From Candidatus Dojkabacteria bacterium (GTDB taxonomy: Bacteria; Patescibacteriota; Dojkabacteria; B142; OLB20): a stretch of DNA of 64,000 bases. Positions 31,187 through 40,183 of this stretch are shown here, in pieces (positions within the stretch are counted from its first letter, which is position 1; each line of letters starts with the position of its first letter). The notes under the pieces were generated by a model. It ran no database searches, had not been told where the DNA came from, and was given only the letters and a program-made list of their open reading frames with translations. Position numbers and translations under genes: made by a program. Location of the stretch: the NCBI GenBank assembly GCA_046753765.1, contig JBHHUN010000006.1, forward strand, positions 130 to 64,129, in the 5' to 3' direction.

Positions 31187-31405
31187 ATGAAATATCTTGT
31201 TGCAATAATTATTGGAATCATCGTGCTGTTTGCTGCAGCTCTTGCTGCGTTGGCGTTTGTTGCAGCCCCCGGAGCTGATTCTGGTACGAACCCTGATCCG
31301 GAACCTGTAGCTTGCACTCTCGAAGCAAAACTGTGCCCCGATGGCAGCTCTGTAGGAAGAAGTGGTCCCGACTGCGAGTTTGACCCGTGCCCTGACGATT
31401 TATAA
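31187..31405 (+). CDS. Small secreted Cys-rich protein
   Basis: Signal/TM followed by ACTLEAKLCPDGSSVGRSGPDCEFDPCP, a module I recognise from CPR surface proteins. Confidence 0.8.
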   Translation: MKYLVAIIIGIIVLFAAALAALAFVAAPGADSGTNPDPEPVACTLEAKLCPDGSSVGRSGPDCEFDPCPDDL

Positions 31406-31500
31406 AATGACATCAAGACGTAGTGGAAAGTTTGTGTCTTTGGCTAAGCTTCCGGACTACATCCCTTGGACAACTAATTTAGAGGAGTATGAAGTAGTAC

Positions 31501-31884
31501 TCAAAGAATGTTCAGATCAACAACCCTGAGTATCGGCAGGATGATCGAAAGCGAAAAGACTGCAAACCCGATAATCGAAATTACTACAAGTAGCAGGATT
31601 CTCCCTATCCACTGATATAGATTATCTCTAACGAATTTCGTTGATCCGGTCAGTAGTCGGTAGAGTGCTGCGAGGCCTATCCCACCATATGCGACAGCAA
31701 GTATCGCGAATACGTAAACTGGAAATGTAGGTGGATGAGTTCCCAATCTGGAGTAGTATCTCTCTATCCTGGGATTTGAGAACAGAAACACAACCCCAAC
31801 AACAACAGCATAAAGAATAGAATACACTATCACGAAAATATGCAGAGCTCTTATCGCAGCTTTGTAGTTCTCCTTATGTGTCAC
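31501..31884 (-). CDS. Hypothetical membrane protein (3 TM)
   Basis: Three hydrophobic segments. Confidence 0.6.
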   Translation of the reverse strand: MTHKENYKAAIRALHIFVIVYSILYAVVVGVVFLFSNPRIERYYSRLGTHPPTFPVYVFAILAVAYGGIGLAALYRLLTGSTKFVRDNLYQWIGRILLLVVISIIGFAVFSLSIILPILRVVDLNIL

Positions 31885-31926
31885 TTGCCTTTTTTAATAA
31901 AGATCTTTGTTTAATAATAGAAGGTT

Positions 31927-32052
31927 TTATCGTAAGGGGTCAATCCATGCGATCGTGTCGTCTGGACGTTCACGAAAATCCGAGGTGGTTCCTGCACTGT
32001 AATCGAGAACTACCCCTTCCCACCCCAATTCTTCTTCGAGCTCCTTTTTAAT
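31927..32052 (-). pseudogene. Possible NUDIX remnant
   Basis: Startless frame IKKELEEELGWEG...IAWID resembles the second half of a NUDIX box. Confidence 0.3.
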
Positions 32053-32173
32053 TACCCAATCGCGGGGGGACCCTCACCAGTGTCAGCAAGACTTGTATCG
32101 TTCTCAATCCAATTGAGGTTTTGTTAAAATACCAGTTATGCTAAATTGGTAAGTATATTTACGTATCTGCCCA

Positions 32174-32830
32174 GTGGCTAAAAAAGGGTTCAATTTACTT
32201 AGACCACAAATAGAACCACCCACAGTCTGGACTAAGGTGTACGACTACATCGTTGGTTCAGCCAGAGTGATTGTGATACTGGTTGAATTAGTTGTTGTGT
32301 TGGCCTTTGTAGTTAGGTTGGTTGTGGATGTTCAAAGCAAAAACCTGGATGAGGAGATTGTGGTAAAAGAGGCTATTGTGAAGAGCTTTGCCCAGGCCGA
32401 AGCGCGTTACGTGCGTATTCAAAACAAGACTGGAGCGTTCAACGCTATCTGGACAAATTCCCCAATATATATCCAGCTATACTCCGAGATAAATGGGTAT
32501 ATCCCAAACAGCGCAAGAGAGATGACAATACAGATAGACAATGACAAGATCTTCATTACAGGGATCGCAATCACATCGGAGATAGGTGAAATGGAGAATG
32601 CCTTCAAAAACTCGGACACATTTTATAAACAGGAATTGGACCAACTTGAGACAGAGGGTGTCTCTGACGATACACTTGGAAACTTCACTCTCAGGGCGCA
32701 GCTTAATGAACTACCTATGCGTGAGCTGATTGACCAGACTGTTCTGGACCAACCAGAAGTAATTCCAACTCCTACACTCTTCGAAGATAATTCTACTGTA
32801 TTACCAACTCTCACTGACACGATCCAGTAA
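32174..32830 (+). CDS. Type IV pilus assembly PilN-like protein
   Basis: N-terminal FNLL motif, TM, coiled coil, IFITGIA ferredoxin-like domain. Confidence 0.65.
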   Translation: MAKKGFNLLRPQIEPPTVWTKVYDYIVGSARVIVILVELVVVLAFVVRLVVDVQSKNLDEEIVVKEAIVKSFAQAEARYVRIQNKTGAFNAIWTNSPIYIQLYSEINGYIPNSAREMTIQIDNDKIFITGIAITSEIGEMENAFKNSDTFYKQELDQLETEGVSDDTLGNFTLRAQLNELPMRELIDQTVLDQPEVIPTPTLFEDNSTVLPTLTDTIQ

Positions 32831-32838
32831 TAAATGAT

Positions 32839-33456
32839 ATGGCACAAAGACGAATCGAAATAAAAAAGATACTAGCGACAACACAGGGGAGGGCGTACGC
32901 AGTTGTTGGGGTTACAATCTTTTTAATTGTACTTATGTTCTTTCTCGCGATTAGGCCGGCATTTCTGTCTATCACGAACCAGAATACGCAAAATGATGAG
33001 AAGCGGGAGTATCTTGAGGAGCTTACCGACAAAGAGAACACGTTAAAAGCTCTTGCTAAGCAAGAGATAGAGCTGCAGAGTCAGATAGATCTCATGAATG
33101 AGTATTTACCTGACAAACGTAATGACGAGTACTTCGCTGCGAATATTGCTGCCATCGCTGACCTGTACGGTGTAGATGTCCTCGTGATTAACTTCAATAA
33201 AAATGAGGTGATTACTGATGCGGAGTTGATCCAGTACACTCAGATGCTCTCCGTCCCGTTCAGAATCTCTGTGAAGGGCAATCTGGCTGATTTACAGTTG
33301 TTCCTTGGTCATCTTGAGAATTTTCCGGCACCTGTAAGAGTTGAAGGTATGGCATACTCAGACAAAGAGCAGGAGATCTTTGTTGAAGGGACGGGAGTGA
33401 AGGCATTTACACTCGACATTGATGCGGTATATTATTTCTGGAGATTCGGAGTATGA
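32839..33456 (+). CDS. Type IV pilus assembly PilO-like protein
   Basis: TM plus AIRP, coiled coil, YLP, ISVKGNLADLQLFLGHLENFPAPVRV. Confidence 0.75.
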   Translation: MAQRRIEIKKILATTQGRAYAVVGVTIFLIVLMFFLAIRPAFLSITNQNTQNDEKREYLEELTDKENTLKALAKQEIELQSQIDLMNEYLPDKRNDEYFAANIAAIADLYGVDVLVINFNKNEVITDAELIQYTQMLSVPFRISVKGNLADLQLFLGHLENFPAPVRVEGMAYSDKEQEIFVEGTGVKAFTLDIDAVYYFWRFGV

Positions 33457-33725
33457 ACAGATCGTGGATAGCATTAATAGTTATAGCAGTCGTCACTATG
33501 CTTGGCATTATTGGGTATGAGTTTTTTCAATCACTCAGCGGGGCTAACGTAGAGTTTAGAAGGGGGATCCAAACGACCGAATTGCCGGCAGATCTTGGGA
33601 CGAAGCAACTGGGCTTTGTAGGGTTTCTGGAAGAAAGCGTTCTTGTAAAAGACGCTGAGCTTGAAGGCGAGACAACAGAACAGCTAACGCTCCCTGAAGG
33701 TACACAAGAAGGTGCAAATCCATAG
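33453..33725 (+). CDS. Small membrane-anchored protein coupled to pilO
   Basis: ATGA overlap; N-terminal TM. Confidence 0.65.
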   Translation: MNRSWIALIVIAVVTMLGIIGYEFFQSLSGANVEFRRGIQTTELPADLGTKQLGFVGFLEESVLVKDAELEGETTEQLTLPEGTQEGANP

Positions 33726-33736
33726 TATAATTCACC

Positions 33737-34660
33737 ATGAGTAAATCAAAGAACAAAACATCAGATGGTGGTATTAATATTTCACTCGAGAATATTGGCC
33801 TTGCTGAGCTTGTTAACCCCATTGCAATATTGATAGGAGGCATTCTTATTGCAGCAGCAATCTTTTATGGGTCAGCAGAGCTGCGACCCGAGGCATCACG
33901 TGTGAAAACCAACTGTTCGGAAACCGCGCCACTTTCAGAAGACTGCCTGGTCGAATATGCTCAAGAACTAAGTCTGGATATACCTAGGTTCGAGACCTGT
34001 CTGACTGAAGGCGAAAAGGGTGATCAGGTCTCTTCGGAGATTGAGAGCGCCACCAGCCTGAGCCTTACCGGAACACCGACATTGATTCTTGCAACTGGGA
34101 GAGGTAATGAGGTGAGAGGATTTAACCTGGGAGCTGTAGATACAATCGAGAATTTCAACGAGCTTTATGATCGCGTAACTAACGGGTCAATTGAAGACGC
34201 ACAAAGTTATTGGGTAGATGTTCAGCTTGATCAACTCAAAAGCTTCAGGTCAGAGGTAAGAGATTTTTTTAAGTCAAAGGATGGAGGAGGATTAAAAGGT
34301 GCAAAATTGGACAAAGAGGTTTCTGCGTTCATGACAGACCAGAAACGAAGTGTCGAAGCACACAGTGAACTAAAAGACTTCCCGCTAGGGGAGGGGATTT
34401 CGAAGGGCGAAGGGGAGGTAGTGCTTATGGAATTTAGTGACTACGAATGTCCGTTTTGCGCTGAGTTTTCAGCGGGCATAGGGAATCAAATCATCGAAGA
34501 ATATGTTAACAAGGATAAGCTAAGATTTGTCTTCAGAGATTTCCCTCTTGAGGATATTCACCCCAATGCCAGGCTGGCTGCTGAAGCTGCGCGATGCGCT
34601 GGTGATCAAGAGAAGTACTTCGAGTACCATGATCTGCTATTTGGAATTGAACCTGGATAA
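33737..34660 (+). CDS. DsbA/BdbD-like thiol-disulfide oxidoreductase with permuted domain order
   Basis: TM; YAQELSLD..FETCL..GTPT precedes EFSDYECPFC..FRDFPL..HPNARLAAEAARCAGDQ..YHDLLF. Confidence 0.85.
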   Translation: MSKSKNKTSDGGINISLENIGLAELVNPIAILIGGILIAAAIFYGSAELRPEASRVKTNCSETAPLSEDCLVEYAQELSLDIPRFETCLTEGEKGDQVSSEIESATSLSLTGTPTLILATGRGNEVRGFNLGAVDTIENFNELYDRVTNGSIEDAQSYWVDVQLDQLKSFRSEVRDFFKSKDGGGLKGAKLDKEVSAFMTDQKRSVEAHSELKDFPLGEGISKGEGEVVLMEFSDYECPFCAEFSAGIGNQIIEEYVNKDKLRFVFRDFPLEDIHPNARLAAEAARCAGDQEKYFEYHDLLFGIEPG

Positions 34661-34697
34661 GCTGGGCATATCCATTTTGATTCATTAAGATGGATGT

Positions 34698-35183
34698 ATG
34701 AGAAACACTATCCTGATCGTAGTAACAACATTCTTTTTCACTGCTTTGTTTCTGCATGTTTTCAATAATGTGAGCCCATGGAATACTGATGCAGTCCAAC
34801 TGGCAATCGAACGTTACGGTCTTGAAACTCAAGATAACTTCACTGAGTTTGTAGATCAGGCAATGGAATTCGGGCTCATCTGGAGCCTGATTGATATCAA
34901 GAACCTGCTGCTACTGTTAGCACTACTTGGTGGTGCAGTCGTTTCGGGATTTGCGGTGCTACACCTCATTATTGATAAGCTATTTGTTAAGAAATTCTAT
35001 GAGAAGCCAAATGTTTCTGTTGCGTTCAGAAGGGGTGTCCTGGTCTACCTTGTGATCGTTAGTCTGATTTTGCTGAGACTGATCGCCGGATTGTTTTGGT
35101 ATAATGCACTCGCGGTGTTGATCTTGGCAGTGTCGATTGAATATGCCTTCGTAAACTATTTTAAAGATAGAGGGAATGAATAA
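34698..35183 (+). CDS. Hypothetical membrane protein (4 TM)
   Basis: Hydrophobic segments; overlaps the metG start. Confidence 0.7.
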   Translation: MRNTILIVVTTFFFTALFLHVFNNVSPWNTDAVQLAIERYGLETQDNFTEFVDQAMEFGLIWSLIDIKNLLLLLALLGGAVVSGFAVLHLIIDKLFVKKFYEKPNVSVAFRRGVLVYLVIVSLILLRLIAGLFWYNALAVLILAVSIEYAFVNYFKDRGNE

Positions 35184-36924
35184 AAAGATACTCGTTGCAA
35201 TCGCTTGGCCCTATGTTAACGGCGATATCCACCTTGGACATCTTGCTGGCTACCTTTTGCCGGCTGACATTTTTGCCAGGTATCAGAGATTGAAAGGAAA
35301 TGACGTGCTAATGGTTTCTGGCAGTGACACCCACGGAACACCTATAACTGTACAGGCGGATAAAGAAGGGGTTTCACCCGAGGAAATCGTTGAAAAGTAC
35401 CACAAAAGTGATGTTGCACTGTTTAAACAGTACAAGCTCAGTTACAACCTCTACACTACGACGAGAACAGAAAATCACAAACGCGTCGTACAGGAGCTAT
35501 TCCTACAGCTGCTCGACAACGACTATATTGTTGTTGATACTCAGGAGCAGTACTACTCGAGTAAGGACGAGCAGTTTTTGCCGGACCGCTACGTAAAGGG
35601 GACGTGCCCTTATTGCGGGGCAGAACACCAGCGAAGTGACCAATGTGAAAGCTGTGGCCGTTGGATAGGCGATGGTGAGTTGGTTGCCCCTTACAGTGTG
35701 CTCACTCGGGCACCGGTTGAGCTGAAAGAGACAGAGCACTACTTTCTCGATTTCCCAAAGGCACAGAAAGAGCTTGAAAAGTATGTTGAGTCGAAGAAAG
35801 ATGTATGGCGAAACTGGATCTGGAAAGAAGCAAGTGGTTGGTTAAAAGAGGGGCTTGAGAAAAGAGCGATTACTCGTGATATGGATTGGGCAATTGAGCT
35901 CCCCATCGATGAAATCAAGAAGCGTCCGAAATCGAAACAGCTCAAATTCTTTGAGGGAAAACGGATTTACGTCTGGTTTGAAGCTGTTATTGGCTATCTT
36001 TCGGCTCCTCAAGAATGGGTTGATCTCAATGAGGGTGGAGAAGATAAGATTTTTCTTAAGACCAAAGGTCAGTCAAATGACTGGAAGGACTGGTGGATGA
36101 ATGGAGACTCCGAGCAGTTCTACTTCATGGGCCAGGATAACCTGGTTTTTCATACACTTATGTGGCAGGCAGAGCTGATGGGAAGTGGAGTCGACTATAC
36201 ACTGCCGCACAACGTTCTTGTTAACAAATTTATGAATTATGAGGGTAAGAAGTTTTCAAAGAGCAGAAACTGGACTATTGATTCAAAAGCCATGGCTGAT
36301 AAATATGGTGTTGACGCTGTGCGTTTTTACATCGCATCAAACTTCCCCGAAAACAAAGAGGGCGACTTCACCTGGGAGGGGTTTGTTGACTCGATCAACA
36401 ACGAGCTTGTCGCAAATCTGGGTAATCTGGTTAACAGAATTTTGAAGTTTATTGAGAGTAGCTTTGAGGGCAAGCTTTCCCCAGACGATTATGAGCTTGA
36501 TGAGAAAGTAAAAAACGAGGTTGATAGTGCATTTACTGAGATCGGTGAACATATTCAGAAAGGTGAGTTTGTTGCCGGGCTGGACAGAATAATGGAACTT
36601 ACGCGATTCGGTAATAAGTACTTCGACAGCTCAAAGGTGTGGAAGGTTGCAAAAGATCATCCCGATGAAGCTGAGAGGATTCTCATGAACATGATTAATC
36701 TGATTAGTGCGATTCCTTTCATTTTAGCCCCGTATCTGCCCGAGGGAACAGGGAAGCTTTGCATGTACCTCCGTTTTAAACCGTTAAACCCGAAGGTCGG
36801 CACAGATCTTTGGCAACCTACTTTCCGCAACAGTTTTGAGCTTAATCATGAGGTTAAACCAGTTTTTGCAAAGCTGGAACGGGACACGGTGTTAGCCGAA
36901 AAAGAAGGAACTTCTGATGAGTAA
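35176..36924 (+). CDS. metG: Methionine--tRNA ligase
   Basis: WPYVNGDIHLGH, SGSDTHG, Zn knuckle, YVWFEA, KFSKS. Confidence 0.97.
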   Translation: MNKKILVAIAWPYVNGDIHLGHLAGYLLPADIFARYQRLKGNDVLMVSGSDTHGTPITVQADKEGVSPEEIVEKYHKSDVALFKQYKLSYNLYTTTRTENHKRVVQELFLQLLDNDYIVVDTQEQYYSSKDEQFLPDRYVKGTCPYCGAEHQRSDQCESCGRWIGDGELVAPYSVLTRAPVELKETEHYFLDFPKAQKELEKYVESKKDVWRNWIWKEASGWLKEGLEKRAITRDMDWAIELPIDEIKKRPKSKQLKFFEGKRIYVWFEAVIGYLSAPQEWVDLNEGGEDKIFLKTKGQSNDWKDWWMNGDSEQFYFMGQDNLVFHTLMWQAELMGSGVDYTLPHNVLVNKFMNYEGKKFSKSRNWTIDSKAMADKYGVDAVRFYIASNFPENKEGDFTWEGFVDSINNELVANLGNLVNRILKFIESSFEGKLSPDDYELDEKVKNEVDSAFTEIGEHIQKGEFVAGLDRIMELTRFGNKYFDSSKVWKVAKDHPDEAERILMNMINLISAIPFILAPYLPEGTGKLCMYLRFKPLNPKVGTDLWQPTFRNSFELNHEVKPVFAKLERDTVLAEKEGTSDE

Positions 36925-37741
36925 GATCTTGCCCTTCACAGATCTCTTTGACTCACACTGTCACTTAAATGATTCCAGATTTGATGAGGATAGAGACGAG
37001 GTTGTAGATCGTGCAATTGAGACAGGTGTGAAACATATCGTCGATGTTGCCGTCGATGTTAATTCAGCCGGGAGATCCTTGGAGCTGAGTGGGAAGTATA
37101 AAGGGGTTGTACACTCTACTGTTGGCATCTATCCTGAGTTCTTGATACCCGGTGCGAGTATGTTTAAAGGGGAGGTGGGAGAGGATGAAGTTCTTGCCAG
37201 GATTGAAGATATTGATAGTTTACTATCCAAACACAAAGGCAGGTTTCTGATGGTAGGAGAGTGTGGTTTGGATTATTATTGGTTGGTGAAGAATGTCAGA
37301 GGTAAAGAAGAGTTTGACAGGAGTGTCTCTCTTCAAAAACTCTTGTTTGAAGAGCAGATTAAATTGGCAGTAAAGCACAAGCTTCCATTGACCGTTCACC
37401 ACCGTGAAAGCACAGACGATTGCCTTGAGTTGCTCGCAAAATACCCTGAAACCAGGGCCATCTTTCATAGTTTCACTGGTGACCTTAGACAGGCAAACGC
37501 TATCCTTAGTGCAGGGCACAACGTTGGAATCAATGGAATTATCACGTTTCCTAATGCGACTGAGTTGCAACAAGTGGTTAAGGGTATCCTGGACGGAGTT
37601 TCGATTGAGTCACCACAGGATCTGTATGAAAAAGGAGTCTACCTGGAAACCGATTCGCCATATCTTGCTCCACAAGCAAAGAGGGGTAAGAGGAATGAAC
37701 CGGAGAATATATCGGCAATATTTCGTTCCCTTGTACCGTAA
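36917..37741 (+). CDS. tatD: TatD family DNase
   Basis: DSHCHL, GECGLDY, HSF, LETDSPYL, RNEP. Confidence 0.93.
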   Translation: MSKILPFTDLFDSHCHLNDSRFDEDRDEVVDRAIETGVKHIVDVAVDVNSAGRSLELSGKYKGVVHSTVGIYPEFLIPGASMFKGEVGEDEVLARIEDIDSLLSKHKGRFLMVGECGLDYYWLVKNVRGKEEFDRSVSLQKLLFEEQIKLAVKHKLPLTVHHRESTDDCLELLAKYPETRAIFHSFTGDLRQANAILSAGHNVGINGIITFPNATELQQVVKGILDGVSIESPQDLYEKGVYLETDSPYLAPQAKRGKRNEPENISAIFRSLVP

Positions 37742-37862
37742 TGCGTTCACTTCTGGAGTGCGTAAATGGGAAAAGAAAGGCTAGACGTCCAAGATATATA
37801 CTGTTACTATGGCACTCACTATTCCTTTTCTCTCGTAGCAGTTAGGATAGCTATTCAGTAAT

Positions 37863-39083
37863 ATGGAGTCACTGCATCTCTTAGGTGTTGACGAGATTGG
37901 CTTTGATATAATCTCTAGAGGAGTTCTTCCTTCAACGGGGGATTTAAGTAGACAGATACAGCCTGGGGACACAGTTTTCTCACAGGATTCTCGCGTTGTC
38001 TCCCGAATAAATGAACTTCTCGGACAGCACTCCATGGTTGAGGGTTGGGGAATAGTCGAACGTGGTGGGGAGGCACGTAGGATTCATTTTGGTGAGGATG
38101 CAGAGCATTTGTCGGGACTTATAACTTCAGATCCTGGTGTTCGTCAAACAGCATTACTGTCTAGAAGGAATGGGAATATGCTAGCGGTTGCTAGGTCATC
38201 AGGAGGGTATGGTTTTATAGACTACAATTCTCCGTTGGATACCGAAAGGATAGAGTTTCTTGCAGCTGCGATAAATCCTATACTTCTATTAAAAGGTAGC
38301 TCTGAGGAAAGCGATAAAGAAGAGTTTTTGCTCAGCTTTGGTCAGCTTGTGCAAGATAAAGAGGTACGTCATGCTTTGAAGTCAAGATTCACGAGTCTTA
38401 ATCTTCGAGCAGGTATTATCAAGAGTAGAAAAAGTGCGTTAGAGCACCTTCCGTTTGAGGCTCTTAGAGTTGTGAAAGAATTGGAGAGGTTAGATTCAAC
38501 TCTATGGATTATGGATGAGGTGGATAGACAAACTGAGCTTACTGTGCGCAGGGGGCTCGGACTAGTCGGAAGTTCTATTGGTACACACGACTTTGCACAT
38601 ATTACATATATCGAGCAAGGATTGCAGGATAGACTTGTCCCAGCTCGCACGTTTCTACATCTCTTAGAAACCGTTAACAATGCTGCTGTTGGTGGCAAAG
38701 CGACGGCGGTGGTAATTTGCGCGAAGAAGCATTCGGCCGATGAAATTGAGTTTTCTGTGCTCGATAACGGAATGGGGATGCAGTATGCGGATATGGTTAA
38801 ATACATCAAGCCAGGTGTTTCAGGAACAGGTAGTACAGGACAGGGATTACCCGCGATTATCGAGTACTTTGGTAGACAAGGAATTCAGGTCACCTTGAAA
38901 TCTTATGGTAATACTACGGAATCGCCTTTTTGGTATGAAGTGCAACTTAATCCGGCAGGGTCAGAGGGAAGCATACAGGTACACGTTTCTTTGAAGAGCA
39001 CTCTAGAGGACGTCCAAGGAATCTGGCCTGATCGAATGAGTGGGTCAGAGGTGAGCGTAATACATCCTGTATCGAGCTCCTAA
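37863..39083 (+). CDS. Histidine kinase-like protein (HATPase_c), divergent
   Basis: H-box-like RHALKSRFTSL; N-box ETVNNA; G1 DNGMGM; G2 GSTGQGL. Confidence 0.6.
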   Translation: MESLHLLGVDEIGFDIISRGVLPSTGDLSRQIQPGDTVFSQDSRVVSRINELLGQHSMVEGWGIVERGGEARRIHFGEDAEHLSGLITSDPGVRQTALLSRRNGNMLAVARSSGGYGFIDYNSPLDTERIEFLAAAINPILLLKGSSEESDKEEFLLSFGQLVQDKEVRHALKSRFTSLNLRAGIIKSRKSALEHLPFEALRVVKELERLDSTLWIMDEVDRQTELTVRRGLGLVGSSIGTHDFAHITYIEQGLQDRLVPARTFLHLLETVNNAAVGGKATAVVICAKKHSADEIEFSVLDNGMGMQYADMVKYIKPGVSGTGSTGQGLPAIIEYFGRQGIQVTLKSYGNTTESPFWYEVQLNPAGSEGSIQVHVSLKSTLEDVQGIWPDRMSGSEVSVIHPVSSS

Positions 39084-39169
39084 AAAATATTATGATTAGG
39101 GGATAGAGTATTGTTTTGGTATAATGGGTGTATGTAATCGATATATAGTTATCTGAATAACTTCTACCC

Positions 39170-40183
39170 ATGAGTATCTATATCGAAACTGGGCAACACA
39201 GAACTAATACGAGACAGATGAAAAGCTCTCTTGTTGGTAGTTATTTGGTGGACAGTGAGGTTCCCATTACTGCAGACGGGTTTACAGAGTTTGAAGGAAG
39301 TGTTCTTACAGGGTTTACGAACATAAGAGAAGGAAAGACCGCTAGTGGTGAGGCTCCTCCATGGGAGCGTGACAGTGTGGATGAGCTGGATGAAATGTGG
39401 TCAATACTCTGCCTCGGCAACTTTCAGGACCCTTTTGAGCCCTCTCCTTTTGAGAAAGCGGCAGATCATCTGATGCATAACATTTGGGCGAAAGTGGCCG
39501 GGTCAATTCATGTCTTGAGTTCGCCCGATGGGGAGGTTACAGAGGATCTTCTACATGTACAAGCGACCTATCTTACGAATATGATCGCTCTAAAAAACAT
39601 ATCCGACTTAGCCAGGAACCACTATGAAACTGATAGGTCTTCATCAAGGCAAAGTTCGTTCAGTTTATCTGTAGTAGCACGAACGCTTAACCTGATGGGC
39701 AGGAGGAATAGTGCCTCGGTAGAAACACTTTTTAATGGTAGTCCTGCAGTAGAGTTGGGCGCGGAGGTTGAAATAGACTCATTCGCAGCTATCCATTTGA
39801 TAGAACTTGGATTGGCAGGAGTCACTTCAAGTGCGGAGCAACATGAAGTCAAGATTGATGTGCAGCAAACCGGTCTTGGGACGAGTATTACGGTTGATGA
39901 TACTGGGGGCGGTATAGACCCCTCTGTCGCAGGGAACGTTTTTCAGATGGGTGTCTCCACTACAGGAGGGGGAAAGGGAAAGGCGTATTTGGCAGACTGG
40001 GTAAAGTCCCGTAAGGGGAAACTGTCAGCAACGTCATTTGCGAAAGGAAACTGCCTGGGGACTTATACTGATGCACTTGACCCAGAGAATACGCGCTCAA
40101 TTCAAAGGACTGACGAACCTTACAATACTCGCTTTGCCTTATACATTCCCGATCAACAGCTGGTCATCGGGATTGCTGCCTAG
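39170..40183 (+). CDS. Histidine kinase-like protein (HATPase_c), degenerate
   Basis: HLMHNI; G1 DDTGGGI; F-box VFQMGVSTT; G2 GGKG; N-box Asn absent. Confidence 0.55.
   Translation: MSIYIETGQHRTNTRQMKSSLVGSYLVDSEVPITADGFTEFEGSVLTGFTNIREGKTASGEAPPWERDSVDELDEMWSILCLGNFQDPFEPSPFEKAADHLMHNIWAKVAGSIHVLSSPDGEVTEDLLHVQATYLTNMIALKNISDLARNHYETDRSSSRQSSFSLSVVARTLNLMGRRNSASVETLFNGSPAVELGAEVEIDSFAAIHLIELGLAGVTSSAEQHEVKIDVQQTGLGTSITVDDTGGGIDPSVAGNVFQMGVSTTGGGKGKAYLADWVKSRKGKLSATSFAKGNCLGTYTDALDPENTRSIQRTDEPYNTRFALYIPDQQLVIGIAA

Noticed and set aside
30934-32170. Integrative element at tRNA-Ser
   Set aside because: No integrase and no duplicated tRNA 3' end found in the window.
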